Notes: generated by a model from the sequence alone, not told the origin. Positions 23,701-38,599 are shown, counted from the first letter of the whole stretch. The stretch: DNA of 63,152 bases, filler included, from Platydemus manokwari (GCA_037951405.1; 6 parts of 6 records of this genome joined end to end with filler, not necessarily neighbours in it), one strand, 5' to 3'. Numbers and translations are program-made.

Positions 23701-26700
23701 AATAGGTTTTGGGACATTTTTTTTCAAATCTAGAACTATTATTTGAAATGTGAAAATAAAGTGTCTTTTTCAACAAATGTTCTTAAAGGATTCATTAAAA
23801 ATGCCTATAATAACATCAGCACATTTGTCAAAACCTATCGTATATTTCTAATAAGAAATCTAATTCATTATTTAAATTACGGAATATCAGGAGTCCCGTG
23901 GTGAATTAAAGCCCGATCTTGATGTAGTCAACAAACAAGTGGATCTTAGCGGAGTTAGTATTTATTTGGATTCAAATTGCCAAACGCCATGTCATGACAT
24001 CAGTATTGAAAACGTCAAATCAATCCTTCAACAGAGAGTAATCCATAGTAAATATATCAACTATTCATTTAACACCAAATGTTCAGGCGAAAGATATGCC
24101 TGAGTCTGATTATATTGTGAAACCAATATCTTTGCAAGGTATCATGAAAAGATATATCAATCCTTTCCCAATGAACATACAACCCCGTATCTCTTTACAT
24201 TTACAAATGAAATTGGTTGAAGTTAGTTTGTCGCAAGCACAATATAAAACTGCAGTGGCTCTCAATGATGAAATAGAAAGATTTGATCGCCAAAAACATC
24301 ATATGAAATATCGACCTGAATTATCTGTGAAAGATGCGTGAGTATAATAATAATAATAATTATTATGTTTTCTGCTATCAATTCATGTCACAACAGGTTA
24401 TTAAACCCCATCAATCAATCAATAACTAAACTAATTATGTGAATTTTCTTCGAAATTATTCAACATTTTTAAATGTTCTCATTATTGATATTTATTATAA
24501 ATAACATCTGAAATTATTTTCATTCTCAAATCCACTGTACTGAAACATTTATTGCTGTGAAATGACGATATTGGTCTCTTTTGTCTTCTCTATTGTGTCG
24601 AAATAGATACAATTTTGTTTGGATCTCATTTATCACAAGTTTATGACAATGATATTTGCAATTCAGTTGATGATTTTTGATGAAAAAATATAATTTATCA
24701 AAATTATCGTATAATATCATTCTATGAAATGTGTTATAATCAATAATTTTATACATAGATTCCTTCAATTATTTATTATTATAATTTAATTTATCAAATG
24801 ATTTCTCACAAATCCCTTTGGCGTAAAATTTCAAATAGATTGAGATATTTGAAGCTTTTGATTAAATAAAATTCTATAAAATTTGTTGTAAAATAATTAA
24901 ATAAATTATTACAACTGGTACTGGTTTTTTAAATTAAACAAAAAAAATAATTTACTCTCAACATTAAATAATAAGATTAATAGTTTGAAAATAATGTTTT
25001 GTCTCTATTGAATTGATTTGAGTGTAATTGAATGAATACTGTCAATTAAGCGTGGTAGAGATGGTAACACAATCAATTGTTCACACCTCCATGAATGTGA
25101 TGTGGTGAGATTATTTTTAGAATTAATCGTTTTAGAAGAATAAGCATTATAATTTTCATTTGTTCAATAGAAATCTCATTACTTATCTAACATAGTGATC
25201 AAGTTAAATGAATAAATACAACTAAATTTGAAATTAATTTTCCAATTTTTGTTATTTCATAAATGAATTATGTCTACAATTTAAGAAATTCCATTTTTTT
25301 AATCAAAATTTTTTACGAAAAAACCTGTGAATTTTACCTTGTTGACGACAGTATGGTGCGTGATAAATTTTTAATTCGTATCAGAAACACCATAACGATT
25401 TTGAGGCGCAAAAATTTACGTTTGGGATTTAATGTCCAACAATTTAATTATGTGTATGACGTCAGTTGTTCGACAATGAAACATCAAATAATATAACAAA
25501 AATGATAATTATTAAAGCCCCAGGAAAAATTTAATCATTATTAAATATAAATACATTTCAGACCAAGGGAATGGTGGAAATTTGCTATTACTGAACATAT
25601 ACGGGATATATGTAAGGGTACAGCGTTGAGAGAACGTATGCGAAATCTTGTGAAATACGTCCAATCATATGAAGACTATTTATTAAACAAAGATAATTCT
25701 GATGAGCTGAATTTTCGTAATCAATTAGAATCTGAACTGGAATTGGAAAGTTTGGTACATTTGCGAGAAGTTGCCATGGAACGAGTAAGTCGTAAAAGTC
25801 GAGAATTAATACAGGTAGTAAAAATAGTTGCTCTAATATTACTTACAATGAAATAGAATGCAATTCGAAGTCAAGCTTCTCAGCAAAGTAGTTGGTGGAA
25901 TTATTTATGGGGTCGCAAAAATAAGGAAATTACAGTTGAAACAATGAATCAAGAGTCACTTAGTGAAACATCTCAAATTATTGAGAAATTACTTCCTGAA
26001 GAATGCACATATCACGTTTTGGAGCAAGATATATCAGAAATGCTCAATGAAGTAAGGAATGTATAATGATTATAAAAATATTGATAAAAATAATAAATTA
26101 AATCAGAATAAATTATATTAAATTAAAAAAATATTCACATATTTTAATGAATAATCAACTTGTTGATATCTTAACCTAGTAACTTCGTTACATAGGTTTA
26201 TATAGAACAGTGGTTCTCAACCCCCCGGGGCCGACAAGCATTTTTAAAGGGGTCCCCGAATTATGGTAGATGTACAAACCATTACATATTGTAAAATAAC
26301 TAGTTTGTGATGCTGATTAAGCTACTTATGTTCACAATTACCTTGACTACTACATTTAAGTATTTTATAGGTAATGCTATTATCTGATAATCTTATTATT
26401 ATAGGAAATTCATCACTTGTTGTAAATTGGTTTTATTAAATATGGTGAATTACAAATTATTTTTAATAATATTGGGTTCGCCAAGACCTTAAAAATGGGA
26501 AAATGAATCACCATAGAAAAGGTTGAGAACCGCTGATTTAGAACATCAAATTATCATTAACTTAATCCATGTTTTATTTTAATAATTAAATCGATATAAA
26601 CAGTAAATTAATTAATAAATAACACTCGTTTCATTAATTTCAAAAGAAAAAATGTGATCACATGGTATCTCTTATATATTTTTCGTTTCAATTTAAGAGT

Positions 26701-29700
26701 CTCATGACTTAGTTTTTGTACAGCTTTGTTTGCATAACTTGAACATATATTTTGATTATTTTTAGTCGATTGCCATTTGTTTTTCAGCACAAACTTTTGT
26801 TTTCCATTATATTTTAATCAAATTGCATTTTTTGATATAATATCAAGCTTCTAAATTTTTTATATATTCACATTGCTCGATAAAATCTCCATCAGCACCT
26901 ATTCTTGGTGAATATATTTCTAAGTGTGTTTTGAAGATTCACTAATTGATTGATAATTCCAATAGCTATTCCACCGCCCTACTAGGATGGTAGTCTTGGA
27001 GATAGGACATTCAATCTACCATTTAATAATTTATTCATTTGTAAATTTGGATCTGTTTTAATTTTGGACATCTATATTAGCTTTTCCCTGACAGAAATTC
27101 GAATCTTTCGACAAAAATCCATTTGATTTCATTAATACAATTTGATTTCTTGAATACACTACATTTTCATGAACTAACACAAATCTTAAAAGATTTGGAA
27201 ATTTTAAGCTATAAACCTGGTGAGTATTATTTTGGTGTCGGATTTTATTTTCTGGATCATTAACTTCTTATTTTTAATTTTCAAGTCTTATTTCTGTAAA
27301 TGATATCATAGTGCTAATAATTTTGGGAACATAACCTGTGGCAGTATTATATTCTTTTTGTGTCGCTAAGAAAAATTAAACAAGAATATCTTTATAAAAT
27401 CATATTTTCCATAATAATTAAAATATAATATTCATTTTTTAGATCACATTTCGTTGTAATTTCATAAGCCATGGTTTTATTGTTTCCTTTCAAGCTCTGG
27501 AAATATTATCGTGAAAGATTTATTTTTATTTCGAACTTGAATCTTCCGTTTTGTAGAATCTTTATTTTATTTATGACTAACAATATAGGATATCATGATT
27601 TTCATTTTTAATAAATATCAAAATGAAACTTTTGAAATCACAGCTGTGTCAATCGTTTGATCTTCGTGTCATATTGTATATTTCTGAGTTGCAGCAGCTG
27701 CTATGTTATTTAAATCTGTAAGAGATTACAATATGTGCTCCAATGTTGCTTATTATTTATGAAAGTGTTCTGTAAAAATTGATTATTTTAAAGCACTTCT
27801 CATGCTGATTTAGCATATTTTTCGCATTTGAAATTAGCTCTAATAGAAGTATGTTTTGCGGAAGTAAAACCAAACATTTTTATTTTTAAATGGAATTTAT
27901 TTCGAGGAATTTAATTAGAATGACTTTTAAATTTTGTTGTTTTGATGTCTATAGATTTTAAAATTCCAATTGTTTTTGTACAGCTTTATTGATTATTTCT
28001 ATTAATTAAGTTTTTCTCGGTACAATTACTCCGATTTCTTTTATTTGTCAGTTTTTTTTCATTTATGATTTTGCGAATCTGATTAAAAAGTTTATCTGTT
28101 CATTGATGAATTCAACATTATTTTACTCATCTGTTCTTTCATTTATACTTATTGATATATGTTATCTAATGAGATTATATATTTTTTTAAATTTATAACA
28201 CGTTTCATTTTTTGAAATTTTAATATGATTAACATAATTTAGGTCGATCATGAAGCTGTGAATTTTTTTAGAAGAGATAAAATATTTTTAAGAGGAGAAT
28301 TCTCTTTAGACGGAATCAGATTGAAACTTTTAAAAGATAGAGATATTCCTGTAATGACTTGATACAACAGGAAAATTGATTTGATTTCCATTTAATTTAA
28401 GATTGTCGCAATCAATGCTTCACATTTAAATGTAGGATTTGAATCACGACCTCAATATTCTTCATGGTTCATCAGGGTCGGTTTAAGATCTTTATTTATA
28501 CAAGATCTTGAATGTGATAATGATAAAACTGTTTTTCGCGACGTCGTCACATCTCGGGAACTTTCTCAAAATTCCGAGAAAGAAATATTCGCATTAGCGT
28601 TTGAAAGCAATCCACTTCCAAATATATACCCGTCAAATGTTAAAAGGATGTAAGATTATTTCAAAACGATATGTAAATGTGTGTATGTCTAATATGTTCC
28701 CATAGCTTGGCCATAAGCAGTGAACCGTTGACAATTATTAATTGTCCTACACTGATTGCGAATGTTCATGATTATTTATCCAGTTTGATATCCACAAAAG
28801 ATATTAAAAGTAAACTATTTAATAAAATAATATTATAAAACAAATAACACATTAAGGTGCCGCTGAAAAGCACTTCATGAATGCAAAAGCTCGCACAAGT
28901 GCTTCAATAAGAAATTTGTTAAATAAAGGATCAACAGAAATTCGGTGGTGGATTTCACTGAACATCAGTGCCCCTAAATTAATTTTACCCAATTGTCTTC
29001 AATTGCAAAACGATAATCCAAGTTGTGTATTGGTCGATTTAGGTCGATTACATGTTTCCAACTGTCCACATAACCAAATTGATTCTCTGTTGAAAATACA
29101 AGATTCTGGCCAAATTGGTTATGAATCAGACGTTGATTCCGATGATTTTGTGACTCCAGCTACATCTCTAATGGGATCTTTAGAGGATTTGACAATGGAA
29201 ATTCCCAATCAAGAATCACTGGAAAATCATGAAATTTCAAATATTTATGATGAATACTCAATTACATTGGAAAATATTATGGCTCTAGCTGGTACATGGA
29301 ATGATTTGCAATCAACTCTTTCAAGAAATTCTATAAATAAGAGCAAAGATCTTTTACTAATGGAGCCATTCAATTTACAATTGGATCTCAAACGGAAATG
29401 TGTTATTGACAAATCAGGCGAGTTTCCGAATCTGGTGATGGAATCTACATTGTCCAAATTATTAATCAATATCTCTGATTGTAAACTCATGTTAGCTAAA
29501 GGTTGCTTAGAATCCTTGACATCCTTGATGAATGAATATCCGAAGAAAGGTATAATTTGTCTGTAATGAAATATTATTGTTATCTCAAAATATTATTCAA
29601 TAAAACACTGAAAAAATTATATTTTAATAATGAATAAAATACAATTATTTCGTTGATGGCGCATTTTACAGTAAGTGATAAATCAAAATTGAATGAAAGG

Positions 29701-31234
29701 TCTTTTCTTAAATATGCTTTGTAAATCAAATATCATTTATGATTTTTTATTTTATGTATGAACTTAATTTGACTGGTTAAATTTATCTAGTTATTGTATT
29801 ATGCAGCCAAATGAGGATATTTGATTTCAAAAAGATAATAATCCCATTAATTACCACCATCAATGAATGGTGTTTATTGAATACATTCAATCCAATGGAT
29901 ATCATAAATGAATCGAAAATTTAAAAAATCATAATATTACATTATCTTTTTTATTATCTTTTTAATGATTTAAATAATAATAATCTGTATTTATATATTT
30001 TATTATTATCTTATTGGATTTATCACTCTATAAAATTAATAATAATAACATTAAAATGTCGAACGTATATGGAGCAGTATTATATTTTGAGAAAATCATA
30101 AATAAACTTAATATAACTTTATAGTCGAGATCTGAATCTTTGGAAACATCCTTATTATCCATCCTATAATTGATTTATTTTTAAAAGTAGGGTATAATGT
30201 TTCGGTTACGAATTTTGACTTAATTGGATCTAGCTATGTGGGTTATTTTTAGTACTAATACGTTATAGGAATTTACTCCTAAAATATGCTAAAGCCTCTT
30301 AAGGTAGGTTTTTATACTTTAGTGGCTCATGTATTGCCGCCAAGTAAATGAATGATAAAAAATCCACTAAAGAATTTTGATTTTTGTCCACACATGATTG
30401 TATATTGCTAGAAACATTGTGTTATTTATCTATTTATTTATAGATAAATCTTCGATTAAACAACGAAGAAATGTAAAATGCGAAGAAATTGATCCTTCAA
30501 AACAAGGTTTTAAATATGTTTCAATCACTTTTGTTTTGCATTCTTTCATTGTACAATTGGAATCCCGTGGTCTTCCACTCGCTGAGTTATCACTAACAGA
30601 AGCTAAATTCGAATTATCTCGATATCCATATACAACATTAATCAACATTCAATTATTAAATCTGGTTCTTGCCGATGCTAGAGCTAATTTGGGATCGAAA
30701 TTAGATTTCATTTTAGCTAGTCATAAAGGTGTACGCCTTGATAATAAAAGCTTAAAGAAAAATTCTAATGATCCAATAATTGAATTCTCTTACACAATCA
30801 GTTCCCATCAAAGGTCTGCTACTCCACGACATAAAGCAAAATTAACATTCTCTGATCTTGACGTCATTGCAAATCAAGAAACATTAATAGAATTACTATC
30901 TTTTATGCGTCCAATATTTTCGGATGGTTCCACAATGGAAACAGATTCTAAACCAGACATTTCAAATATTACTAAATATGATTCATTAGATATTACTATC
31001 GTTTGCAAAGTTGTAACCATTTTACTGATCAAGATATCCTCCAATTGTGATTCTGAGAATCGTTTTGCGGAATCTGTTGGGAAAATATTGCTATCTCATA
31101 TGAATCTTCATCTGTGTAAGAACGGTTCATTTCTCTCAACAAATATTCGTGTTAAATCTGTTGATATTGAAGATATAAGTACACCTGATTCTGTACATCG
31201 AAAAATTCTGACACTCATCACTGGACCTAATGAG
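20716..31234 (+). CDS. VPS13D: VPS13D-like bridge lipid-transfer protein, first 1124 codons, 3'-partial at the contig end. Exons: 20716-20812, 20867-20947, 22080-22270, 22317-22529, 23891-24037, 24087-24337, 25562-25814, 25857-26051, 28243-28350, 28402-28649, 28706-28809, 28857-29549, 30444-31234
   Basis: 13 exons sum to 3372 nt in one open frame with GT-AG introns. Chorein N-terminus (LLDKIIGKYVEN...GILKGDVRLENLPLKK...GLIGRVTLRIP), NIQIEVRNVHVRYED, KYRP...PREWWKFA, and VPS13D-type RWWISLNISAPKLILP, SDDFVTP and IANQETLIELLSF. Confidence 0.92.
26208..26535. mobile_element. hAT (Charlie/Buster-type) MITE, 328 bp, in VPS13D intron 8
   Basis: TIRs CAGTGGTTCTCAACC ... GGTTGAGAACCGCTG; 8-bp TSD atatagaa / atttagaa (7 of 8 match, central TA). 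Confidence 0.9.
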
Positions 31235-32235
31235 GTGATTTAATTTATTTTTTCATTGTCATGAAAATTTTTTTTAATTAAATTGATGTAAAATATAATG
31301 ATTACGATTTTTATCTTCAATACCTATCGTCAGTATAACACAAACTGTGTTAATCCAATATAATCTAATTACCTGATATAAGTTCAAAATGATGGCCTTG
31401 GAAATTGATAATTTTGTTTATTATTTCAAGTTGGTTTATTTTAGTGTTTATATATCTAACATGATTATCAATTCAAACCAGTGGGTGCAAACGATATCAT
31501 GTGAAGCTCTTCATGGCGTTTGGTAATCATTATAAAAACCAAAAATAATTTACATAAGTTTGTCTCTGACAATCTCTTATATTTATTCTTAATATTAACA
31601 CGTTTCATTTTAATCTTGTGATATATTGAAATGAATTTACATTTTAACTTTCATTGTTGTTAAATTGATACCATGTTAAATATGTGTTGCGTCACGATAC
31701 CGATTATAATGGATTAAATAATTTACAAATTAAACCGTATAAATAATAATGCCAAAGTTTATTGATGCCATTATTTACTTCAGGGTTCTACTGATTCCAC
31801 TAGAAAATGTCAGTTTTTCTATTAGAATCTAAACAATGTGGTAGAATTATGAAAAGAAAATTAGTAATTACATGAATAATTAGAATTATTATGCTACTTA
31901 AGATCAAATATATGAAAAAATGACAAAAATGAATCAAATTTATCAACATAGCATGCGATAATTAAAACATTAACATTGAATACTATACATAGTTATACTG
32001 AATAGGGAAACACCAGTCAGATGAACCAGAAGATTAAATTTCGAAAGTATGACTTGAATTTTTTACAATGAATCAATTACTTCAATGAAAGCATTTTAAT
32101 AAAAATCTCAATTTAAGATTCAAAATTTATTAAGACATAATTCACAATTCACAATGAATTAAATTATTATAGATAATTATAATCTCATACCTAACCAATG
32201 ATTCCAAATAAAGTGATTGGAAAACCATTAATGGA

Positions 32236-32335
32236 NNNNNNNNNNNNNNNNNNNNNNNNNNNNNNNNNNNNNNNNNNNNTTAATTAATTAANNNNNNNNN
32301 NNNNNNNNNNNNNNNNNNNNNNNNNNNNNNNNNNN
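32236..32335. other. Artificial contig linker
   Basis: 44 N + TTAATTAATTAA + 44 N. Confidence 0.98.
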
Positions 32336-33419
32336 ATCGTCTTTTTAAATAAATCTCACAAATATCATATTTTATTAATATACCTCTAATAATAAACTGT
32401 TATTAACACCATTGTTATGCTTGAAGCTATTTTGCAGCGATTAAAGTAAAATAATCAGATAAAGCTCTTGGAAATGGCTAAGACAAACCTCATCACATGA
32501 ATAATTCAATGAAACAAAATTGGAAAAGACATTTTAAATCGAATTTTTCACGAATTAATTCGCTATTCAAGATTTCTAATTTACCGCTTAACCGACGGGA
32601 AAAACCAATTTACCATCCCCTGTTTACTCGAAAATGTTTGAGTTGATTTCCGTACGAAAATTTGAAGAATTAATTAACAATAATAATCGACAAAAACAAA
32701 CTGAATTAATAAGGAATTGTTAATGAAAACGAGGAAATCATTTAACTGGAAAGGGAAAGGAAATTAAATATGCAATTTTTTCCTCATTATTACCAAACCA
32801 ATTATTTTATGCAATTTTCCACAATGAGGGAGCAGCAACAGTTTCTTTATTCGATTTATTTCAGTTTTATAATAACTTGATAATTGAATTATTTTCCTCC
32901 ACAACTCGTTCGGTGATGAAATGTTGACAGAACAACAACTACCAAACAGTTAAGATGATTGATTGATAAACTCACGATTCAGAATCATTTAAACTCCTCT
33001 CATCAGCATTTCAACTAATGAGAAAATGTATTTTAAAAGAACATCTACTCCAATATGTTTATAAAAGCTAAAGACGATTTTCAAGTTAAATAGTGATTTT
33101 GCTGGAGATATTTTATTGGATCTTTGTTATTTGATAGGGTGGTATGGGAAAACAAGCGGATAATCGTTATAACACGAGAACCCGAAAAAATTACATATGT
33201 ATTAATTCATTGGTGAAGTAGATTCATGGTTTAGGAAATGCTTATTTTATTTTCTGAATAAATCATAGTCGATAACATTTTATATATAATGTACCTTATA
33301 TATTATTAAAATTAATTAAAATAATAATTATTATATTTTTATAATAACTTAAATAGCATTTACAATAATAAATATATTTATAACATTTTCTCTTATGTAC
33401 ATTTTCGTTTTATTTTCTC

Positions 33420-33900
33420 AAAGCATTCCTCATTTTTGCCAAAATTTAAGTCATTGGTCTTCTCAGAATCGAATTCAAATATGTGGTCGCCATGTAAACC
33501 ACTAAGAGTCTAAGAAACATGCATTGAAAACCAACTGAAAAATCACATCACCAAATTATAAAAAAATTAATATAATTTTAAAAATATAATTCATTTAAAA
33601 TTTCCCACATTGACTTGTCTTTAAAATCCGAGATTGTCTTTGCAGTTGTAATTGATATTGTATCAAGTACTCTACATGTTTGTCTACATAGAAATCTCTA
33701 ATTCTCCTATCATCTTTGTATCTCATCTACACATATTATCTATATTTTATCAATACCTTCCTCATCTTTGCCAAATTTTCAGTCACCGATCTTATCAGAA
33801 TCGAATTCAAATGCGTGGTGTCCATGTAAGCCGCTACTAGTTTATAAAACGAGCATTAAAAACGAACTGGAAAATCACAACATCAAATTATCTATTTAAA
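33420..33900 (+). repeat. Tandem pair of the dispersed repeat family (period ~332 bp)
   Basis: ttcctcat.tttgccaaa...cagaatcgaattcaaat..gtggt..ccatgtaa.cc.cta... occurs twice and matches 17190-17335. Confidence 0.85.
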
Positions 33901-34429
33901 TTGGATTTATATAAAGAAATTAATATAATTTTATATAAAATCTGCATTAAATCTTCAACAATTTTATTTCATTTAAAGATTCTCACATTATTATACCAAT
34001 GAAACGTAGGTGTATTTAATAACTCAATCAAATGCAACCAATAATCAAAATGGAACTCAATACAGAAACGAAACTTCATTCACAATACGTGTTCAGATCT
34101 GGAAATAATGAAAAGTTGTAGAGATTTCATAGAGATTTCTCGTTTCATAATGATTTTGCACACATTTTTATTTATTTATCAAATCATTTATTTAATAAAA
34201 TATGCCAGGATATTCCATCAATATTTTATTTTTTTTATCCAAGTAAAAGATTAATGATTTTCTTTAAGAATTTTCCTAAAAATATTTACTTACAATTTTC
34301 GAATTATTTTAAAACGTCTTTTTGATATCATCAGCAATATTGATGTTGAAACAGTAATGATAACAAGTATTATTGGCAACGTTATCGTTTCGTCTATTCG
34401 TCAAATCTTGAATAAAATAAATACTTGAA

Positions 34430-35050
34430 AATAAATCTCAGATATATAAAATGTTGATTCCAAATATTCAGAGACGCTTCTAGTATACTGATTGCCAGTA
34501 AATGTAAAATGTGTGTTGATATTCAATGTTTTTGCTGATAACGAAACTGTTCAGATCAACCTGATGATTATATCAATATTCAGCTGTATATTTCGCCCTT
34601 AACGGGGTCAAAAAAGCTTTCAAATTTCTAGATGCAACCAAAATCAGTGTTTCGAGTGAAATGTTACTTGGACTAGAACTAATTATTTTTTATTATTATT
34701 CAGATCGTAAATTCATTGAACCAAAGGGAGTAGTTCTTGAATTAATTTTCAATGAGGTCATCATCACCAGATTTTCACACACAGGGCAGAGAAAATGCAG
34801 AAACACATTCATTCAAAAACCAGACAGGGATAACTATTCCAACATATAACTCAAGTTAAAATCTTCACTGGAATACTAGTGGATCAATTATTATAGCGAA
34901 TCTCTTACAGCGAAATTCTCAGTCCAGAACAGAAAACATCAAGAATATTTTATCTAGTGTTCGGAATAGAGTTCTGAAATCCTAACAAAACATGGTGTCA
35001 GCACTTACTTCGTAGATATCATCATGGATATTTTCGATCTTTTGAAATGA
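34430..35050 (+). pseudogene. Unidentified decayed exon-like sequence
   Basis: Higher-complexity block with a polypyrimidine-CAG acceptor at ~34703 and partial frames broken by stops; no family recognised. Confidence 0.2.
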
Positions 35051-35154
35051 TTAATGACAAATAATAATTCATCACGGACTTTTATTTCAGTTTAAGAATT
35101 GCGGTTCACTTATTGGATAAGATTTAATTATTCGAAATAATAATTATAATTCCT

Positions 35155-35870
35155 ATTGTTAGACGCTACTATTTTAAAAACCACACATTAAAATCAAAAC
35201 AAAAAAAGTCAAGACACAATCAAATCTATTTTAAATCCAGTATATTTAAAAAAATAATTCTAATTTTACATTAATTTAATTTTTTATAAAATTAAATTAA
35301 ATCTGAATAAAATGTGTTTTAAAATTGTTTTGAATTAAATAGAAATTTAATTCATATAAAATATCTCACAATAATTATTCAAAATAATAATTATAATTCC
35401 TATAATAATAATAATAACAAAATAATCATATAAAATATAATAATGTGAGATAGGATTTTAGAATTTTGATTTTAATTTCCTTCTTAATATACGAATATTA
35501 AATAAAATATAAATATATTAAAAAACGAGAAATTTTTCTAAATATTGTAGTTGTAAGCCACTGCTATTTTAAAAACCACACATTAAAAACGAACTGAAAA
35601 GTCAAGAAACCAAATTATATTTCAATACGAATATTTAAACAAATTAATTAGAATTCATACAAAAAAACTTTTAAACAAAATTAAATCTTTAAAAATTTTT
35701 TATTCAATGTGATATGCTCACAGTAGTTAAACTGACTTTTAGTTATCTTTTAAAAATCGTTCTTATTGGTCATTTAATGAAAAAGTGCTGTTTACATGGT
35801 GACCAAGCCCTGGAATCGATTTCGAGAAGATCAATAATAATTGAAAATATAGAAGACGGCTAATTTTGAA
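35155..35870. repeat. Two further direct copies and one inverted copy of the dispersed repeat family
   Basis: Cores at ~35157 and ~35552. The reverse complement of ~35740-35870 matches tgatcttctc.gaatcg...ccatgtaaac. Confidence 0.75.
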
Positions 35871-37659
35871 GATATAAATATAATCGATAATTTATGTAAA
35901 AATGTCAGTGAGACATACCTTTTGGAGGCGACTAAAACTTGTTTTCAATACGCAATTATGGAAAATATCAACGAGTAACAATGGAGATAGCAATAATGGC
36001 CGTGTAATAGCTCAAAATAATGGAATAGCAACCAGATAATGGTGTTTTCAATTTTCAAACATAATAGATATTGTCAATTATTGATCAATCGTAAATCGCA
36101 CGATACATTACTAATAATTTATTGATATGAATCAATGAGTGGAAACAAATGAATTCAAGTTGAGCCCAGTCAATCATTTATGCGGATGAAAATTTCTGTA
36201 TCGCTTCAAAGATAGAAAAGATAAAAGGAAATTGTTGGTATTATTTGATATTTCGCTTTGTCTGTTCTTGAATTATGAAAAGAATTTTAACCATTTGATC
36301 TGCACCATGATTAAAGGTGCATCCATATATCCCGAGACTGCTTATTATTTGATGTCAACAATGGATATCATTAAGATTATTATTAAAAATAATTAAAGAT
36401 GATTATCATCTAAATTCAATATCATCTGAGAATTCCATGAAGTCAAACATCTTGTGTTTTACGTAAAAAGATTAATTTTCCATAATGGTGAATAGAGACC
36501 TCGAATAGATAATTAAATAAATATATTAAGAAATTGTAAAATTCAATAAAAGCCATATCAATTATTTTCTTAACAAAATTAGTCATGTATTAACATTAAT
36601 TTATATTTTATTGTTTCTTTATTTTTAATATTCAAATCAAAAGTAATGTTTACAACAGAACAAAAAATCTATTTTTCAATACATCGATTTTCAGACAAAT
36701 TTTTAATTCTTCTTTCTTTAATTCCAATAAAAATGCCCACATTTCAATATTACATCTTTATTTTTACTTAAAAGATTTAAATTTTTTACTTTTAGTAAAT
36801 TTAAGAATTTAAATAATTTTAAAATTGAGAGGTTAACAGTAATTTTTAAAACAAGGTCATTTTATAAATATCAAAATGATATATTTATTTTTAATATAAT
36901 TTTTTAAAAATATCTTTTAACTCAAATTATCTATATTTTAATTATTTATAGTATTTTTAAATAAACCTCACAATTATCATAACCAATATCCATCACTCAA
37001 ATTCTCAAATGTTGTCGATGTTTGATCTTCATTCGATGGGTTTACTCATTGGTTTTTATTGGTTTTCGATTTATTTTAACCGATATTATAATAATTCGAT
37101 TTATTTTTTAATATTTACTGTAGGTACTTGAATTGTCTAAATGGTTTAATAACATGTCGAAAATATTTTTTAAATATGTCAGTGATATCAGGAATCAAAT
37201 TTTTAATTTAGTTATAACTTGATCTTCTGTCAAACATAAATAAAAAGGTTCTTAACGATGTCATATCTAATCGCACATACAGTGTCCACACAATCAATAA
37301 CAAAAAATGAGTCTTCAAATAAAATATTTTGATTCAGATATTTATATAAAATTAACAAATAATTTTGGAACGATTATTGTATGGCTCTAATCATACTTTT
37401 AAATATCGTTCAGAATCTATAATTGATTTAAATTTCAAATTTGCTTAATCAATATATAGCATGTGTTAAACATAAATTGTACTCAAAAACCAACGTTTGG
37501 CTTATATTTCATCTATAATTAAAGCCGTGAAATATTTTTACAAGTCCAGCATTTACAGTAAAACGAATTGAATTCAATGTTAGACAAAGAGGTAATTCAA
37601 CCATCAACAATTTAAAGAATCGTAAAGTCGTTTGAAAACACTGGTTCAACAAATGACTT

Positions 37660-37905
37660 TCCGTGATAAATCTCGAAATCCTAACTACTATGCTGAGAGG
37701 GATTCATGCTATGGCAACTTCTTTGTGTCGCAGAAGAGCTCGTCAGTTGAAAGACTCTGTGCGCAATAAAAAGCCTCAAGCGTCCGAAAAATTGACTGCA
37801 GGAAACGCAAGTGGTGTACAATTGGTGTGCCAAAGGTTTTGCAGTTGGAACCTTCAAGGCTGCAAAAAATGTTTTAGCTGTGACTGTCATCATTTCGAAG
37901 ATTGA
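37660..37905 (+). mobile_element. piggyBac transposase C-terminal relic
   Basis: Frameshifted pieces LLCVAEELVS (FLxxLAEEL-like), RKRKWCTIGVPK and GCKKCFSCDCHH resemble the piggyBac Cys-rich terminal domain. Confidence 0.45.
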
Positions 37906-38599
37906 ATTACTAATCGAACATAAACTGAAATGACGTTTATGTTGTGCAAAGTTTTACATGTAATCGTTTATTTTAATTTCTGATTATGTGTTGATTTAAT
38001 CACATCATGCATATAAATATCCTATAATGTGTGGTTTGTATAATCTTAATTTTGTGAAAACTCATCCTATTCTATCAAAACTGTCGTTCTTATTAAAAAT
38101 GAACTCTGTCGTTAAGTCGAAAATTCTAGTTTCTTTGTTTCTATTATTGGGAATCTTTGTCATATGTTACTGCACAGATAAACTTGTAATAGGTTCTACC
38201 TTTTGAATTGTTTAAACTTTTTTTCTTTCACAAGTCAATTTTCATCCCTTTTATGAAGTAAAAAAAATATAATTTGTTTAATCTCGAGACTTCCTTGCCT
38301 TTCTTTCTCATTGTCGCATTTATATATTTTTACCTAATATTTTCATATTGTTCATGAAAAACTTTTGCCTAACTTCTCCTTTACCCTTACAATGTACTCG
38401 AGATATTCTCATTAACATTTTCTAAATCATTTTGCAAACCATTACACCATTCTTTATGTTTAATTGTTTTCTGATAAATAGACTTCCAAAGGCATATTTG
38501 CTATTTTTTTAAAATTTAATTTTCAATGCTAATTAAATAAAATTAAAGATCGAAGTTTTATTAGTATTAAAATATTATCTTGAAAGCGAACATAAATCT

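Noticed and set aside
21169-26790. Short F/I/L/K/N-rich ORFs within VPS13D introns
   Set aside because: Expected by chance in AT-rich DNA; no splice-compatible or recognisable content.
16920-35870. Repeat cores as a CRISPR array
   Set aside because: Eukaryotic DNA, diverged ~70-bp cores at >300-bp spacing, only pairs, and no cas genes.
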